Shown: in pieces, positions 13,801 through 26,947 of the stretch
How positions within the stretch are numbered: position 1 is the stretch's first letter
Layout: every line of letters starts with the position of its first letter
From: Octopus vulgaris
Lineage: Eukaryota
Length of the DNA stretch: 64,000 nucleotides
Assembly (NCBI GenBank): GCA_951406725.2
Contig: OX597827.1
Coordinates: 25,606,001-25,670,000 of the forward strand
Direction: 5' to 3'
Notes under the pieces: model-generated
Database searches by the model: none
What the model was told of the DNA's origin: nothing
Seen by the model: only the letters and a program-made list of their open reading frames with translations
Position numbers and translations under genes: made by a program

Positions 13801-14294
13801 GTGTCCTTTCCTACGTCACATTTGAATTTTACATATTCAATGCTATTTTCTTTAGAAAGGATGTACGGATTCTGTATAATTATCTCCATGACGCTCCACC
13901 AATTTCAGCAATTTATCAATGTTCCACATGAATAATCTCTTTTCCATATCAGTTTTAAGCAATCCTTGCATACCCGTATCTTCATTTCGATTTTTAATAA
14001 AGTTATTCTATGGATAACTACATTTTAGTTTTAATTCAATTTAAACATAGTACTCAATATTGAAATACTCTAAGCATTGCCTCCCCTTTTAATTATACCA
14101 CAACGCCACCTAGTTATAAATGCTATTGCTACGCAAAAATTTACCTGAAGCTGGTCGTAAAAAATGGAAGTATTTGTAAAGATACAAAAGTATAAATTAT
14201 GGAAAATTCTGGGATTTCGCAATTCATATTGATTAACATTTACGAAGTGGTGCTGAAAAGTTAGGGGCTTCAGGAACAAGAAAATACAGGAAGA

Positions 14295-14440
14295 TCAGTT
14301 TTAATTATGATTTCATCCAGCATAATCCCCTCTCACATTTACACATCTATTGCAGCAGTCCTTCCGATTTTCTAAGGGTTATTTTTCTAAGCTTCCAGCC
14401 CGCCTTTTGCGATACCTTTAAAACCATGAACTCTTCAGCA
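14295..14440 (-). pseudogene. Mariner-like transposase C-terminal remnant
   Basis: Minus peptide NRCVNVRGDYA resembles the mariner C-terminus RWxKCVxxxGDYFE. Confidence 0.4.
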
Positions 14441-14570
14441 CTGTCTTATGTATGTATGTATGTATCTATGTATGTATGTATGTATGTATGTATGTATGTA
14501 TGTATGTATGTATGTATGTATGTATGTATGTTTGTATCTATCTATCTATATATATATATGTATGTATGTA

Positions 14571-14634
<64 letters not shown>

Positions 14635-14665
14635 CTCCGGTATATATATATATATATATATATAT

Positions 14666-14987
14666 CTGGCACTCCGTCGCTTTCGATGACGAGGGGTTCC
14701 AGTTGATCCGATCAACAGAACAGGTTGCTCGTGAGATGAACGTGCAAGTGGCTGAGCACTCCAGAGACACGCGTACCCCTTCACGTACTTCTCAGGGAGA
14801 TTCAGCGTGACACAGAGTATGACAAGGCTGGCCCATTGAATTACAGATACTACTCATTTTTACCAGCTGAGTGGACTGGAGCAACGTGAAATAAAATGTC
14901 ATGCTCAAGGACACAATTTGCCGCCGTGAATCGAAATCGCGACCCTACGATCGCGAGTCGAATACCCTAACCACTAACGCGCTTTCA
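14666..14987 (-). mobile_element. tRNA-derived SINE, family B head with a distinct tail
   Basis: cagctgagtggactggagcaacgtgaaat central block; accctaaccactaa head on minus. Confidence 0.8.
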
Positions 14988-15002
14988 TAATATATATATA
15001 TG

Positions 15003-15043
<41 letters not shown>

Positions 15044-15044
<1 letters not shown>

Positions 15045-15340
15045 GAGGTGCAGTGGCCCAGTGGTTAGGGCAGCGGACTCGCGGTCGTAGGATCGCGGTT
15101 TCGATTCCCAGACCGGGAGTTGTGTGTGTTTATTGAGCGAAAACACCTAAAAGCTCTACGAGGCTCCGGCAGGGGGTGGTGATCCCTGCTGTACTCCTTC
15201 ACCACTCTTTCTCTCACTCTTTCCTCTGTTGGCCTGCTCGCTTAGCCAGCGGGGTGGCGTCATTCGAAGGCTAAAACAATGCGAACGCATTGTGACCAGC
15301 GATGTGTAGCAACATCTAATGGTCTGGTCGGTCACGTGAT

Positions 15341-15347
<7 letters not shown>
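15044..15347 (+). mobile_element. Full-length tRNA-derived SINE
   Basis: A box tggcccagtgg, B box gtttcgattcc; 3' (cacgtgat) repeat. Confidence 0.85.
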
Positions 15348-15383
<36 letters not shown>

Positions 15384-16582
15384 TGAGGGAGTGAGTGAGA
15401 GAGAGAGACAGAGAGAGAGAGACAGAGAAAGAATGGGGAAGAGAGAGATCTACTAATAAAACAATATTTCTATTTTGAAATATATTAGCCAAATGTTATT
15501 CTGTCAGAATAAACGACATTTGCTTTCAATTTACTTCATCGTCATAGAAATATTCCTATGTTTAAATATGTTATTTGTCCATTGAAACGATTCCTGCTTT
15601 TTGTTTGTAAAGTCGGGGCAACGATTGTGAACACGATCTTTGAAATTCTTTGAGGCCAATGAATTGAATTTTATAGTTCAGCTGGAAGGTCTGTATGTTG
15701 ACATCTAGACGAATTCTGTTTTTACCATATATTAATTTCTACAGTTACAAGTAATATTACTGCTAATGGAGTATGTAAACATTTGAAGATCCGGTCTAGG
15801 TGTTGGCGATGTCAATAAAAATAGGAATGAGAAATGCTTTAAGAAACAGAGTCGATGGAAGCGATGAAGTGGTTATAAGTCTCAATTGTTGTAAGGCCGT
15901 GCACTGTCAGCTGTATCTTAATGTGTCTCTGGTCAAAATCCTTTGTCTTTATTCGCATTCTGGACCTGAATTTAACGATATAGCTTAGTTAGTTTCAGTT
16001 AACCAATGAGAAGCGCTGCAGAGTTATGTAGCTCTGATCTGTCATTTTAAAATTTGTATTGAAAGAATTGTGTTTCTCCCAAAATATTCAACCACAAGGG
16101 AAACATTGCTCTCTAAGACGAAGATATGTAAAAATGTTTGAAGATACCAGACCTAGATACATCCGAAGTTGTCAACGCATCTAGTTTAGATCCATTATTT
16201 CCTATTACACAGCACTGAAAGTTAAATGAAAATCTTTGCACGTCTCCGGGGTAGATGGGTGTCCTAATAATTTCCCCTCACCATTACTTTTTTGAGTTCC
16301 CTGCAATTTCATATTCAGTCGTCTTTTTTTAAACAGTGGCTTCATTGACGGTGCTTGTCCAATAACCTTTACCACTAACATGGGTGTATGATGGTGAATC
16401 TGAACCTATAATGTAAAGAACGGGAACAGACATCGTAATTAATCTCTGCTGCTCTAAAAATCCCACCAGTCGACGGCATTATGCTGAGATTCTATTCATC
16501 GATCGTGGAAAGATGCAAAGCAAATGAAAAGTAAAGCAGAACTGGAACAAATACCATAAGGTATTGTGTCTAATTTTTTAAG

Positions 16583-16980
16583 ATGGCGAGCTGGCAGAAA
16601 CGTTAGCACGCTGGACGAAATGCTTAGTGGTATTTCATCTGCTGCTACGTTCTGAGTTCAAATTCCGCTGAGGTCGACTTTGCCTTTCATCCTTTCGGGG
16701 TCGATAAATTAAGTACCAGTTACACACTGGGGTCGATATAATCGCCTTAATCCGTTTGTCTGTCCTTGTTTGTCCCCTCTGTGTGTAGCCCCTTGTGAGT
16801 AGTAAAGAAATTGGTATTTCCTCTGCTGCTATGTTCTTAGTTTAAATTCTTCCGAGATCGACGTTGCCCTTCATCCTTTCCGGGGTCGATGGAATAAGTA
16901 CCAGTTAAACACTGGGGTCGATGTGATCAAATTACCTCCTCTCCCGGACTTGGTTGCCTTGTAACAAATTTTAAAACCAA
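16583..16980 (+). mobile_element. Dimeric family C SINE (Tx1-like tail followed by a second partial unit)
   Basis: ggcgagctggcagaaacgttagcacg head; the unit restarts at ggtatttc after gtaaagaaat; same layout at 28089. Confidence 0.85.
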
Positions 16981-18009
16981 TGAACTTGTACTTTGGTGGG
17001 TCAAAACTTAATAGTTAAGTTATTTTGAGCTATGTCCCCAACCTTTAATCCTTGTTCAACAATATTTTCTTTTCTTCTACATAGACATAAACTCATGTTT
17101 GCTATATTATGTATATTTCCCCTTATTTCCGTACTTGTACTGCCTTCTATTATTTCACTGTGAAACTTCTTTACCTGCCTTCTCGTTTTAAGAAAAATGT
17201 ATATAAGGTGTGATTAGATCTGATATGCTATATATCACAATAGAACTACGTGTGAGAGAAGTTTTGTCATTTATTAATATAATTTTATCAGAAACCGAAT
17301 ACATTATTGTCCTTTTGTTTTCTTACTTTTAACTTGAAATAGATATTGAATTCATTTAATTAGCGTTGTCTCTGCTGATGAAATTGTTCTTTTACATTCC
17401 ATATATTAAATTCTGAGCATGAATGTCCATTCCTACCATTCAAAGTTTTCGTTAAACACATTGAAGAAATCTTAGAGGAAATCAAACATGCCGGACATAT
17501 ATGTGTTAACACTTTGAGCTCTAACAAACAAATCTTCAACGAGAATCGTCAGTAACATCATACAAAATGCGCAGAGACGATGTGTATTTTGTATGATGAG
17601 CAAGTGAGAGAATTGGCAAGTGGTCTCTCGGACTTCTAGAAAAAGTAACCAAAACTCCCTCAAAAATCCCCAACTGCACAGAGGAAGTCACATTTTATAT
17701 ACTCAAATTTTCTCGCAAAAATTGAAAAAATATGAGACACAATGATTACAGCTGACATGTTTTAATCATAGTTGTACTGAACCGATGATGACCCAGAGTA
17801 AAACAATAACAGCTGCAACTGCAAATGTAAGTCAAAGAGGAAAACTCAACGTGGTCAGTCGACATGTTAAAAATTGTATGTAAACAATCCTCCAAATACA
17901 ATCCAACTTCTTAAATGATGTCGAACATATTCGGTAATATTGTAATTGAGGGGTTCCCATACTTCTCCATTCAATTTCCTCACTGGAAACTTGTTTACTC
18001 CACATCTGA

Positions 18010-18145
18010 CTTATATTTGACGAATATTTGTCCTCATCGTTTGTTGTTAACACAACGTTTCAGCTGATATACCCTCCAGCCTTCATCAGGTGTCTTGGGA
18101 AATTTCGAACCTGGGTTCTCATTCCTAAGGTATTTTTCGATGTTG
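18010..18145 (-). mobile_element. Penelope-like terminus with minimal hammerhead (18049-18096)
   Basis: Minus GACAC-CTGATGA-A-GGCTG-GAGGGTATAT-CAGCT-GAAAC-GTT-GTGTT; palindromic AACGTT stem III. Confidence 0.75.
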
Positions 18146-18153
18146 TTGTTGTG

Positions 18154-18374
<221 letters not shown>

Positions 18375-18933
18375 GTTCTTGGGGTTAGTAGCCCGCGCTG
18401 TTACTTGTTTAGTAATTTCATTTAATATTTCTACAATAAACAACTGACATAAAATGATATAAAAATAAACAGTTTCTAATCGTAATTAAATTCAAATAAG
18501 AATAAAGAAATAACTTCAAATAGTGTTATTTTACTACTTATAAACTAATGATTAGTACATACCGAAACCAAGCAGTCCTAAAACATTCATATTCGTTCGT
18601 TAAATACGTCTGCATCAAATGTTCTTGTGGTCTCTTTTTCGTTTTTTATAATTGAAAAAATATTACAATCTGGAATCAATAAATGCGTCCGTTGGGCAGT
18701 GAAAATAAATGCTTTGTGTTCATTTTGGAAACGCCTATTCTAAATTCCTTACATCAGAAAACATATTCTTGTTTTGTCGCTGTATACTGGATCAAGAATA
18801 ACTCGGTACTAACCAACACAACAACAACGATATTAGTATTTCCTAATCATCAAATCATTTGAATATTTTTGCCAATGAGCAACAATCCATTACAATAAAT
18901 TAATTAGATGTTTATAAAGTAAATTTACATATA

Positions 18934-19340
18934 GGCGCAGGAGTGGCTGTGTGGTAAATAGCTTGCTTACTAACCTCATGGTTCCGGGTTCAGTCCCACT
19001 GTGTGGCACCTTGGGCAAGTGTCTTCAACTATAGCCTCGGGCCAACCAAAGTCTTGTGAATGGATTTGGTAGACGGAAACTGAAAGAAGCCCGTCGTTTA
19101 TATGTATATGTATATATGCATGTGTGTGTTTGTGTGTCTGTGTTTGTCCCCCCAACATCCCTTGACAACCGATGCTGGTGTATTTATGTCCTCGTAACTT
19201 AGTGGTTCGGCAAAAGAGACCGATAGAATAAGTACTAGGCTTCCAAAGAATAAGTCCTGGGGTCGATTTGCTCGACTAAAGGCGGTGCTGCAGCATGGCC
19301 ACAGTCAAATGACTGAAACAAGTAAAAGAGTAAAAGAGTA
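18934..19340 (+). mobile_element. Full-length family A SINE
   Basis: Near-identical to 29461-29853; 3' (gtaaaaga) repeat tail. Confidence 0.9.
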
Positions 19341-20459
19341 TTTCTTATCAGACATCGTTCCAAAAAATAGACTTTACTATTATCGGTTACAAAATGAACC
19401 TATTTTATTTGATGCAAGCACAGCCAAATGACTATAGAAATCCTATTTCAACAATCACATGAACTGAATATTGGATATCACTGAATCAATCCCTGTTTTT
19501 AGAAAAATGGGAAAATGTCGTTACATGGAGTTTGGTCACTCTTTTGAAATGTGTCTTTCCCGGAAGATATTGAGTACTTTGTATCTTGTGTTTATGATAA
19601 TCTCCTGGGACTATTTTAAGAAGAATAGAATCTTAGAAGCCTGGTATTCTAAGTATTTATGGTTTACATGGATGCCAAGAGAAAAGTTATTGAGAAGGGT
19701 TTTCTCAGAAATATTTGATTTATTAATACCTCATGGGAAGGTCTCTATTCAAACAGTAGACGTCAAACGCACTTTCCGGGAAATATTTACTTCATATTTT
19801 GTTGCAGATCTTGCGATGAATCATCTCACACAATCTTAACTCATTCATTATTCATTCATTTCTATTTTCGACTTAGTCTTTTCAGCTGGTCTCCTCTTAA
19901 TTTTCGTTTTGTTTGTGGCATTTTCTTATTTTATTTATTGCTGATTTTGTATTTGTTTTTATTTTATAGGAATTGTCGCAAATTAGATTTTGAATTCCTG
20001 CGTAAGCTTTTCAGACAGAAATACGTCAAGGAATGCGGGACGTTGATGGAATTCCTAAGCATTTCACTATTTGAGACAGAAGCAAATAGCAATCTTTGCA
20101 CATTTCGCACCTAAGAATTTGGGGATATATCAAAGGATTATGAAAGCATTAAAAATACATGCCTAGTGAATACTAAACTTATAACGGACTGACACGTTTG
20201 ATTTGAAGTAGTAAATACCAGAAATGTAAAATGTCTGATAGAAAATGAAGTGAATAACTAATTAGAAAGATCTATAGTCAGATCCCACAAAAATCGCTTC
20301 GACGAAATATATACAATATACGGGAATTAAATTCAAATTATTTAGTATTAGGGTGTTACAAATGTGTGATAAGTTCATTTAACCTGCTGGCTGTTGAATT
20401 CAACGTTTCGTCGTTTGCTCTTAATTTTACTGGGATGGGAAGCGAAACGGAATCGAAAG

Positions 20460-20479
20460 TAATAATAATAATAATAATA

Positions 20480-20546
<67 letters not shown>

Positions 20547-20619
20547 TAATAATAATAATAATAATAATCATAATAATAATAATAATAATTATCAATATAA
20601 TCATAATAATATCAACAAC

Positions 20620-20686
<67 letters not shown>

Positions 20687-20741
20687 GTAATAATGATGTT
20701 GATGATGATAATAATAATAATTATCATTATAATCATAATAA

Positions 20742-20803
<62 letters not shown>

Positions 20804-20888
20804 GTTATTATTATTATCATCATCATTATTATTATTGCTATTATTATCATTATTGCTGTTATTATTATTATCATTATCATTATTATTA

Positions 20889-20928
<40 letters not shown>

Positions 20929-20966
20929 TGTTGTTGTTGTTCTTCTTCTTCTTATTGTTGTTGCTG

Positions 20967-21010
<44 letters not shown>
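20460..21010. repeat. Inverted trinucleotide array (AAT)n-(ATT)n
   Basis: Strand polarity flips at aataacagttatt (~20800). Confidence 0.9.
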
Positions 21011-21011
<1 letters not shown>

Positions 21012-21012
<1 letters not shown>

Positions 21013-21211
21013 GGCAGCATGAATCGTTAGCACTCCGGGCAAAATACTTAGCAGCATTTCGTGTCTCTACGTTCAAATATTACCTAGTTTGACTTTGTCT
21101 TTCATTATTTGGGGTCGATAAATCAAGTACTAGCTGAGCATTGATATCACCGTAATACCATTTACTCGCTCCCAACGAAATTGCTGGCCTTGTACCAAAA
21201 TTTGAAACCAT
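21012..21211 (+). mobile_element. Family C SINE
   Basis: gaatcgttagcactccgggcaaaatacttagc head; gctggccttgtaccaaaatttgaaacc tail. Confidence 0.8.
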
Positions 21212-21561
21212 TAGACCTGTGAGTCGGAGAAAAGGAATTGGAGAGGGACCTTGTCCTTGTTGTTGAAGGAGACCTTAGACAGTGTGTGTGTGTGGGGGGG
21301 GTAGGCTGTCCTCGATTATCACTTGAGGACCTCGTGTAACAGGAGGGCTACATCGCTATCATCTTTTTAAACTTTGTACACGGTTTACTTCCTTCCTTGT
21401 TTATTGTATACCGTGTGTACTTATTCATAATTAATTAATTAATTGACTAATCTATTTATTTATCTATTTATTTATGTTATTATTTCACTGTGTAAAGCTC
21501 CTCTCTTTATGTCTGCCTTTGTATTGCCCCGCCTTATCCTTCACCCTGATGGCATATGGTT

Positions 21562-21648
<87 letters not shown>

Positions 21649-21776
21649 AGCTGCTGTTACTGCTGGCACTGCTGCTGCTATTACTACTATTACTACTACT
21701 ACTACAGCTGCTGTTACTGCTGGTACTGCTGCTGCTGCTACTACTACTACTACTACTACTGCAGCTGCTGGCACTG

Positions 21777-21822
<46 letters not shown>

Positions 21823-21880
21823 AGCTGCTTTTACTGCTGGCACTGCTGCTGCTGCTGCTACTACTACTACTACTACTACC
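21562..21880. repeat. (CTA)n array with a recurring acagctgctgttactgctggcactgctgct higher-order unit
   Basis: Seen directly; four unit copies. Confidence 0.9.
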
Positions 21881-22028
21881 GTTGTTGTTATGAAACAGAA
21901 ACGAAAATGGCATAATTTCTGAGGTTGTGTATATCCCATTGATATGAGCTTAGCATGTAATCGTCTCCCATTTTGTCGATTACGCAGTGATGTAATGTAA
22001 TAGCGAGATCGGACTTGTTCCCGCCCAG

Positions 22029-22094
22029 GTCTACGATCAAACGTGTCACTTTGGATCAATCATAAATATCTCCCTTTCGATATCCAAGTCTGCA
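22029..22094 (+). other. Candidate exon or pseudogene fragment of a pentameric ligand-gated ion channel (Cys-loop signature)
   Basis: Translates (G)LRSNVSLWINHKYLPFDIQVC; bounded by cccag and gtaagc. Confidence 0.4.
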
Positions 22095-22580
22095 GTAAGC
22101 AATCTACTTCTTCTTACTAAGGTCCATACATTTAGTTGCTAATTTCGTCAGCTCCAGTGGGAGATTGGTCATACGAAGAAGAAATTAAACTGTCTCAGGA
22201 AAATCGTTGGGCACTCTAATGTTTTTGCTGCTAGTCTATTCCTCAGTTTGAATAAGCTAATCAATTGCTGACTTCCTAGTAATTTCAAGTGTCGGGTACA
22301 TACATACATACATACAAATATATATATATGGATTGCTCTTAGTTGGTTGTACATTTGACCTTGTATCACTATATGTCTGTGAAGTTTATTGAATATTGGA
22401 ATTTGCATGAGCATTTGCCCTTTTAATCAGTTCAACCTCTCCTTAACATTTTATTTACCATTGCAAAACAAAAACCAGTCGAAATCGGTTTGGTATTTGA
22501 ATAAATCTGTAATCTGTTACAAAATTTAAAAACTACCACACGTTTTAAGTCTCAGGTGTATTTTCAAATCTCCAAAATAA

Positions 22581-22619
<39 letters not shown>

Positions 22620-22620
22620 A

Positions 22621-22815
22621 TATAAAGGGAAAGTTTTCGAAAATAAACAAAAGACGAAGGCAGGTGGAGTACAAACAAACAAATGTATTAGTATAGCGCT
22701 CAGGAATAGAAAGAGTCTTTTACGTTTCGAGCCTACGCTCTTCTACAGAAAGTGACACAGAAAAAAACAAGGAGAGAAAAAATGCGTGTAGCAGCTAACG
22801 ATCTATCATGGCGTT
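22621..22815 (-). mobile_element. Penelope-like terminus with variant minimal hammerhead (22717-22752)
   Basis: Minus CTTT-CTGTAGA-A-GAGC-GTAG-GCTC-GAAAC-GTA-AAAG; abuts (TA)n. Confidence 0.65.
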
Positions 22816-23847
22816 CTGACATATGAACACACACATGCATATGTTAATGACCTGCGAGGGAACCGTATTTCGTTATGGAACCATGATTTACTACAAATAT
22901 ATTAAACATTTTATAAGTCAGCTCTCTGTTCTACTGTGTTAGCAGTGTTATAGAAATTATAGAAAATGTATTGAGATAACTTTAACAAGTGATATATACA
23001 TGCTTCTATACATACATACATGCACACATATATCTATATGCATATGTATATGTATACCCATACACACACACACAGGCACGTCGGTATCTAGTAAGATAAA
23101 TTTCGAAAGTGAAAATTTGGAAGGTAGATCGGTAAATAGACATTGCCATAAATCTACATAAAATATTTAATTTAAAATTAAACAAAACATTCTATATCTT
23201 ATTCAACTCTGTCTATTTACCTTCCGATTTTAAGTTACATAATTGATTGATAAACTCGAAACTACAATTGTCTACAGAACGTATTAAATCTGTCAATTTC
23301 CAATTTCATTCAATTTCTCTGTTCCGCAAGTTAATTAATCTGAAGATCAGCCGGAATCTATATATAGATGGTGTCGTCTTGTATTTTTCCATGCGTATTA
23401 CTCAAAGTCTTTTGTCTACATATTAAAAGTCATATGATTGATTTTCTTCATTTATAGTTATTTTTCAAGTTTTAAAATATTTATTGCAAATATCGTGAAC
23501 ACATCATATTTAACATTTTCATTTGAACTGTTATGTCAATTCATTGTTGAAATATTAATCTATTAATATTGACAAATGAGCTATTATTTTCAAATTCATC
23601 AAATCAGTACACGAAGTAAAGAAAACAAAAAAAAGAAAGAAAGGAAAAGAATGAACTTGGTGCATTCTTGCCTGAAAATGTTTCACAAATCATTTTTCTG
23701 CACAAAAGTATTTCTGCAAAATTTATTTTCCACCCGAGATTGTGAAGCGTATTTCGATGTAATTCCAACTAGACTAACATGGGAAGGTATGAAATAAACG
23801 CCCTCTAACACTGCTTCTGAACCGAAATCTGGCACTCCGTCCATTTC

Positions 23848-24220
23848 GGTATTTCGTCCATTTTTTTTAACGTTCTGAGTTCAAATTTTGCCAAGGTCGA
23901 CTTTGTTTCAGCCCTTTCGTGGTGGGCATTGGCGTCGATCTAATCCACTTACTCCTCTCCGCGAACATATTGATCTTGTGCCAAAATTAGAAACCAACAT
24001 TTAACAGAACATTAGACGGTGAGCTGGCAGAACCGTTATCACACCGGGCAAATAAATGGTTAGCATTTACCTTCTGAATTCAAAATCCGCCGAGGTCGAC
24101 TTTGATCTTCATTCTTTCAGGGCCGATAAAATAAGTTCTAGGTGAGCAGTGGGGTCGATGTAATCAATCAGTCCCCACGCTCACAATTGCTAGCCTTGTG
24201 CCAAGTTTGAAACCAATATT
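23848..24220 (+). mobile_element. Two adjacent family C SINEs
   Basis: Repeated ttcaaa..gcc.aggtcgacttt and ccttgtgccaa..ttgaaaccaa blocks. Confidence 0.8.
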
Positions 24221-25878
24221 TAACAGATCAGATTTGAAAAATCACATAAAATTTTGTAGTCCCAGACATCTTTAAGAAGATGAATGGTTCAAAGTTCAAA
24301 TGCATTATGACTACACCTCTCTTGAGATCGAGGCAGACTATGAATTATTTCCCTTAATGGTCAACAAAAGAAATATCAGACAATTAACTGATATAATTGT
24401 ATAAATTGTTTGGTAGCGGTTACCCAGCGTTATCGAAGTCCAATGACGATGGAGAACCGTTAAAATATAAAACAATAAATATTTAACTGCAACACCTTGC
24501 GGCTATGTGCCTGTCTCCTGATATTTGTATCATTACAACATATTTGTAGTGATAATAGAGCTGATCGATCAAGTTTCGCCTCCAGTTACGCATCAGTGGT
24601 TATTGACGATGAGGCTAGTTTAGAAAATAATGCAATGTTATTACAAAATTTTATGACATTATTTACATTTTCCATCAATCTGTTTTTTTTTTCTGTTTTT
24701 TTCTTTGTACTCAACCTTGCAAAGCTCAACAAAGAAATATATTCATGGTCGTCCATCGATCTGTTACAAATAGCAGCTAAATATACCTTCAAAGACACAA
24801 CTGTCTTGGGGGTAAAAAGAGAACAGTAAATTTACTAATAGTTCTCAAAGAAAACGAGGCATGGCCAATGCTAGAAGGTATCTTTTCAACGTTAGTTTGC
24901 TCAAACAGAACTGACCTGATGGCAAATCAACGATGGAAGCGATAGACAAAGCGGTAGGAGGTAGCATTAGTAACAACAATAAGAAGGTCAACGAAAATGT
25001 CAGAAGAAAAACGCTAACTGACCAGTAAAACACCACCGCCGTCCCTAACGGCATCACCACTAACATCGTCATCAGCAGCACAACCACTAACACCACCGCC
25101 ACCAACAACTCCAGCACGAGGACTACAATGAACGCCAACACTAATACCATCACAAACAACGCTACCGCCGCCGCCGCCAACACCACCACCACCAATACTA
25201 CTGATAACAACAACAACACCAACGGCGCCATCACCAACATCTCCTGAGACATTTGAATTCTTTATCTTGACGCTAAGGTAGAGAATTAAAATGTGTTGTA
25301 ATGAGAGAAATATCAGGAGACAGACTGATGACCGGAAGCTGTTACTTATTTATTCTTTTATGTTTTACCGGTTTCCTTTTGCTGATGGACGACAGCAATG
25401 CAGGGGGAATCACTTTTCAGTATTTTTGTCAATAATATTGACCGCAGTAGTTTGTTCATTATTTATTTTATCGAACAGATAAGCAGAGTAAATTAATATC
25501 TATCTTGGTGCCAAGGGACAGTATCTGTGACGGAAGAGGACACTATATGTAACTTTTGTACAACGCACCGATTGCTCGAATATACTTTGGTACTTACGGA
25601 AACACAGTTAAACAGAAATACGCAAACGCGAAAGCATACAGAAACCCATTCACACGCACAAACTGGCGCGCGTACACACAAACACAGACACACAGACAGG
25701 TTTTTTTTAAATATTTTGTGGACATCTCACCAAAAGAGAAAGAACCGGTTTCTAGACCAGAAAATTACGTTTTCTCTGGAATTGAAATTTATGTTATATC
25801 TATTTGTATGCACTCGTTCCTGTCTATGTATGCATGTTGATAAACATGTATGTATATGCAATTGTAAGTCTGCATGCA

Positions 25879-25945
25879 TCCCATGTATGTAGTGTAGTGG
25901 TTAGTATTCCTGGCTTTCACTTGGGTTCGATTCCCGGAATGGGAA
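25879..25945 (+). pseudogene. tRNA-Glu(TTC)-like pseudogene, 3' anticodon arm deleted, followed by a family A-like SINE tail
   Basis: tcccat..gtagtggttagtattcctggctttcac|ttgggttcgattcccggaatggga. Confidence 0.6.
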
Positions 25946-26525
25946 CAGCATTATTGTACACTTGAGGTGCCCCAGCATGGCCACAGCCTTAGGACTAAAA
26001 CATATAAAGAATACGAACTTGTATGAATGTGCACATATCTGCATGTGCATGTGTATATGTACATATACACATGGGTGTATGGATGTTTCGATGTGCATAT
26101 GTGGGTTTTATTACACGCTGGACACATTGATTGCTTTATATATCTTGGCAGTATCTTTAATAGCTTGTTACTGTAACTCTGTGACGAGGCATTTCCTTTC
26201 TGATATTCTGGTCCAAGCTTGTCAATACTGGCACCGAGGTATTCAGTCACATTTAGTCGCGTACACAAATATTCCTTTCTACATATACATATATATATAG
26301 AGAGCTATTAATGTAACAATGATATTCCAGTGATCTATTGAGATGGCTTCCTTTATCTGCATTAATTTGTGAATTTACTTGTTAACGTAAATATGTTAAA
26401 GCAAATTTGTGCGCGTACTTTCTTACATACTGAAAATAATACTAATAAACATAAGCATTTCTCAAAACTCTTCTGGCTTACGATTATATATAGATAAAGT
26501 GTAAAGATCCCCCCCCCCCCCCCGG

Positions 26526-26820
26526 TCATAAATGGGAAGATGTTCCCTTCCGAGCCAGAAGTCGAGGCATAGTTGTTTATGGAAGACCAGCAGTCGCACA
26601 TACATTCCGGCCTCTCCTCTCCACGCCAGCGATGTTATCCAAGAGAAAGACAAAGGCAGACCAGCGACGTTGCAATTCTTTTCTACTGCTGAGTGCATTG
26701 GAGCAACGTGAAATAAAGTGTCTATCTCAAGAACACTACACACAGCTCGGTCCGGGAATCGAACTCAATACGTTATGATTGGGACCACGTCGCTCTAACC
26801 ACTGAGCCATGCGCCTTCAC
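26526..26820 (-). mobile_element. tRNA-derived SINE, family B head with a distinct tail
   Basis: ctaaccactgagccatgcgccttc head on minus; tggagcaacgtgaaataaagtgtct central block. Confidence 0.8.
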
Positions 26821-26947
26821 ACACATAGACATGTGTGTGTGTGTATGCATATAAATAGATATACATACATATACGTTTACATATACAGAAGTATAATTTG
26901 GTTCCTGACGCCATGCTATGTTAGAAGAAACATGCCAACAGTTTTGC

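Noticed and set aside
19471-19839. 122-aa ORF with DVKRTFREI (RT-like)
   Set aside because: No other RT motifs; TTG start
24720-24812. Potential exon (pyrimidine tract, AG...GTAAAA)
   Set aside because: Weak donor and no recognisable protein motif
24845-25252. 135-aa hydrophobic ORF
   Set aside because: Antisense of degenerate (ACC/AAC)n low-complexity DNA
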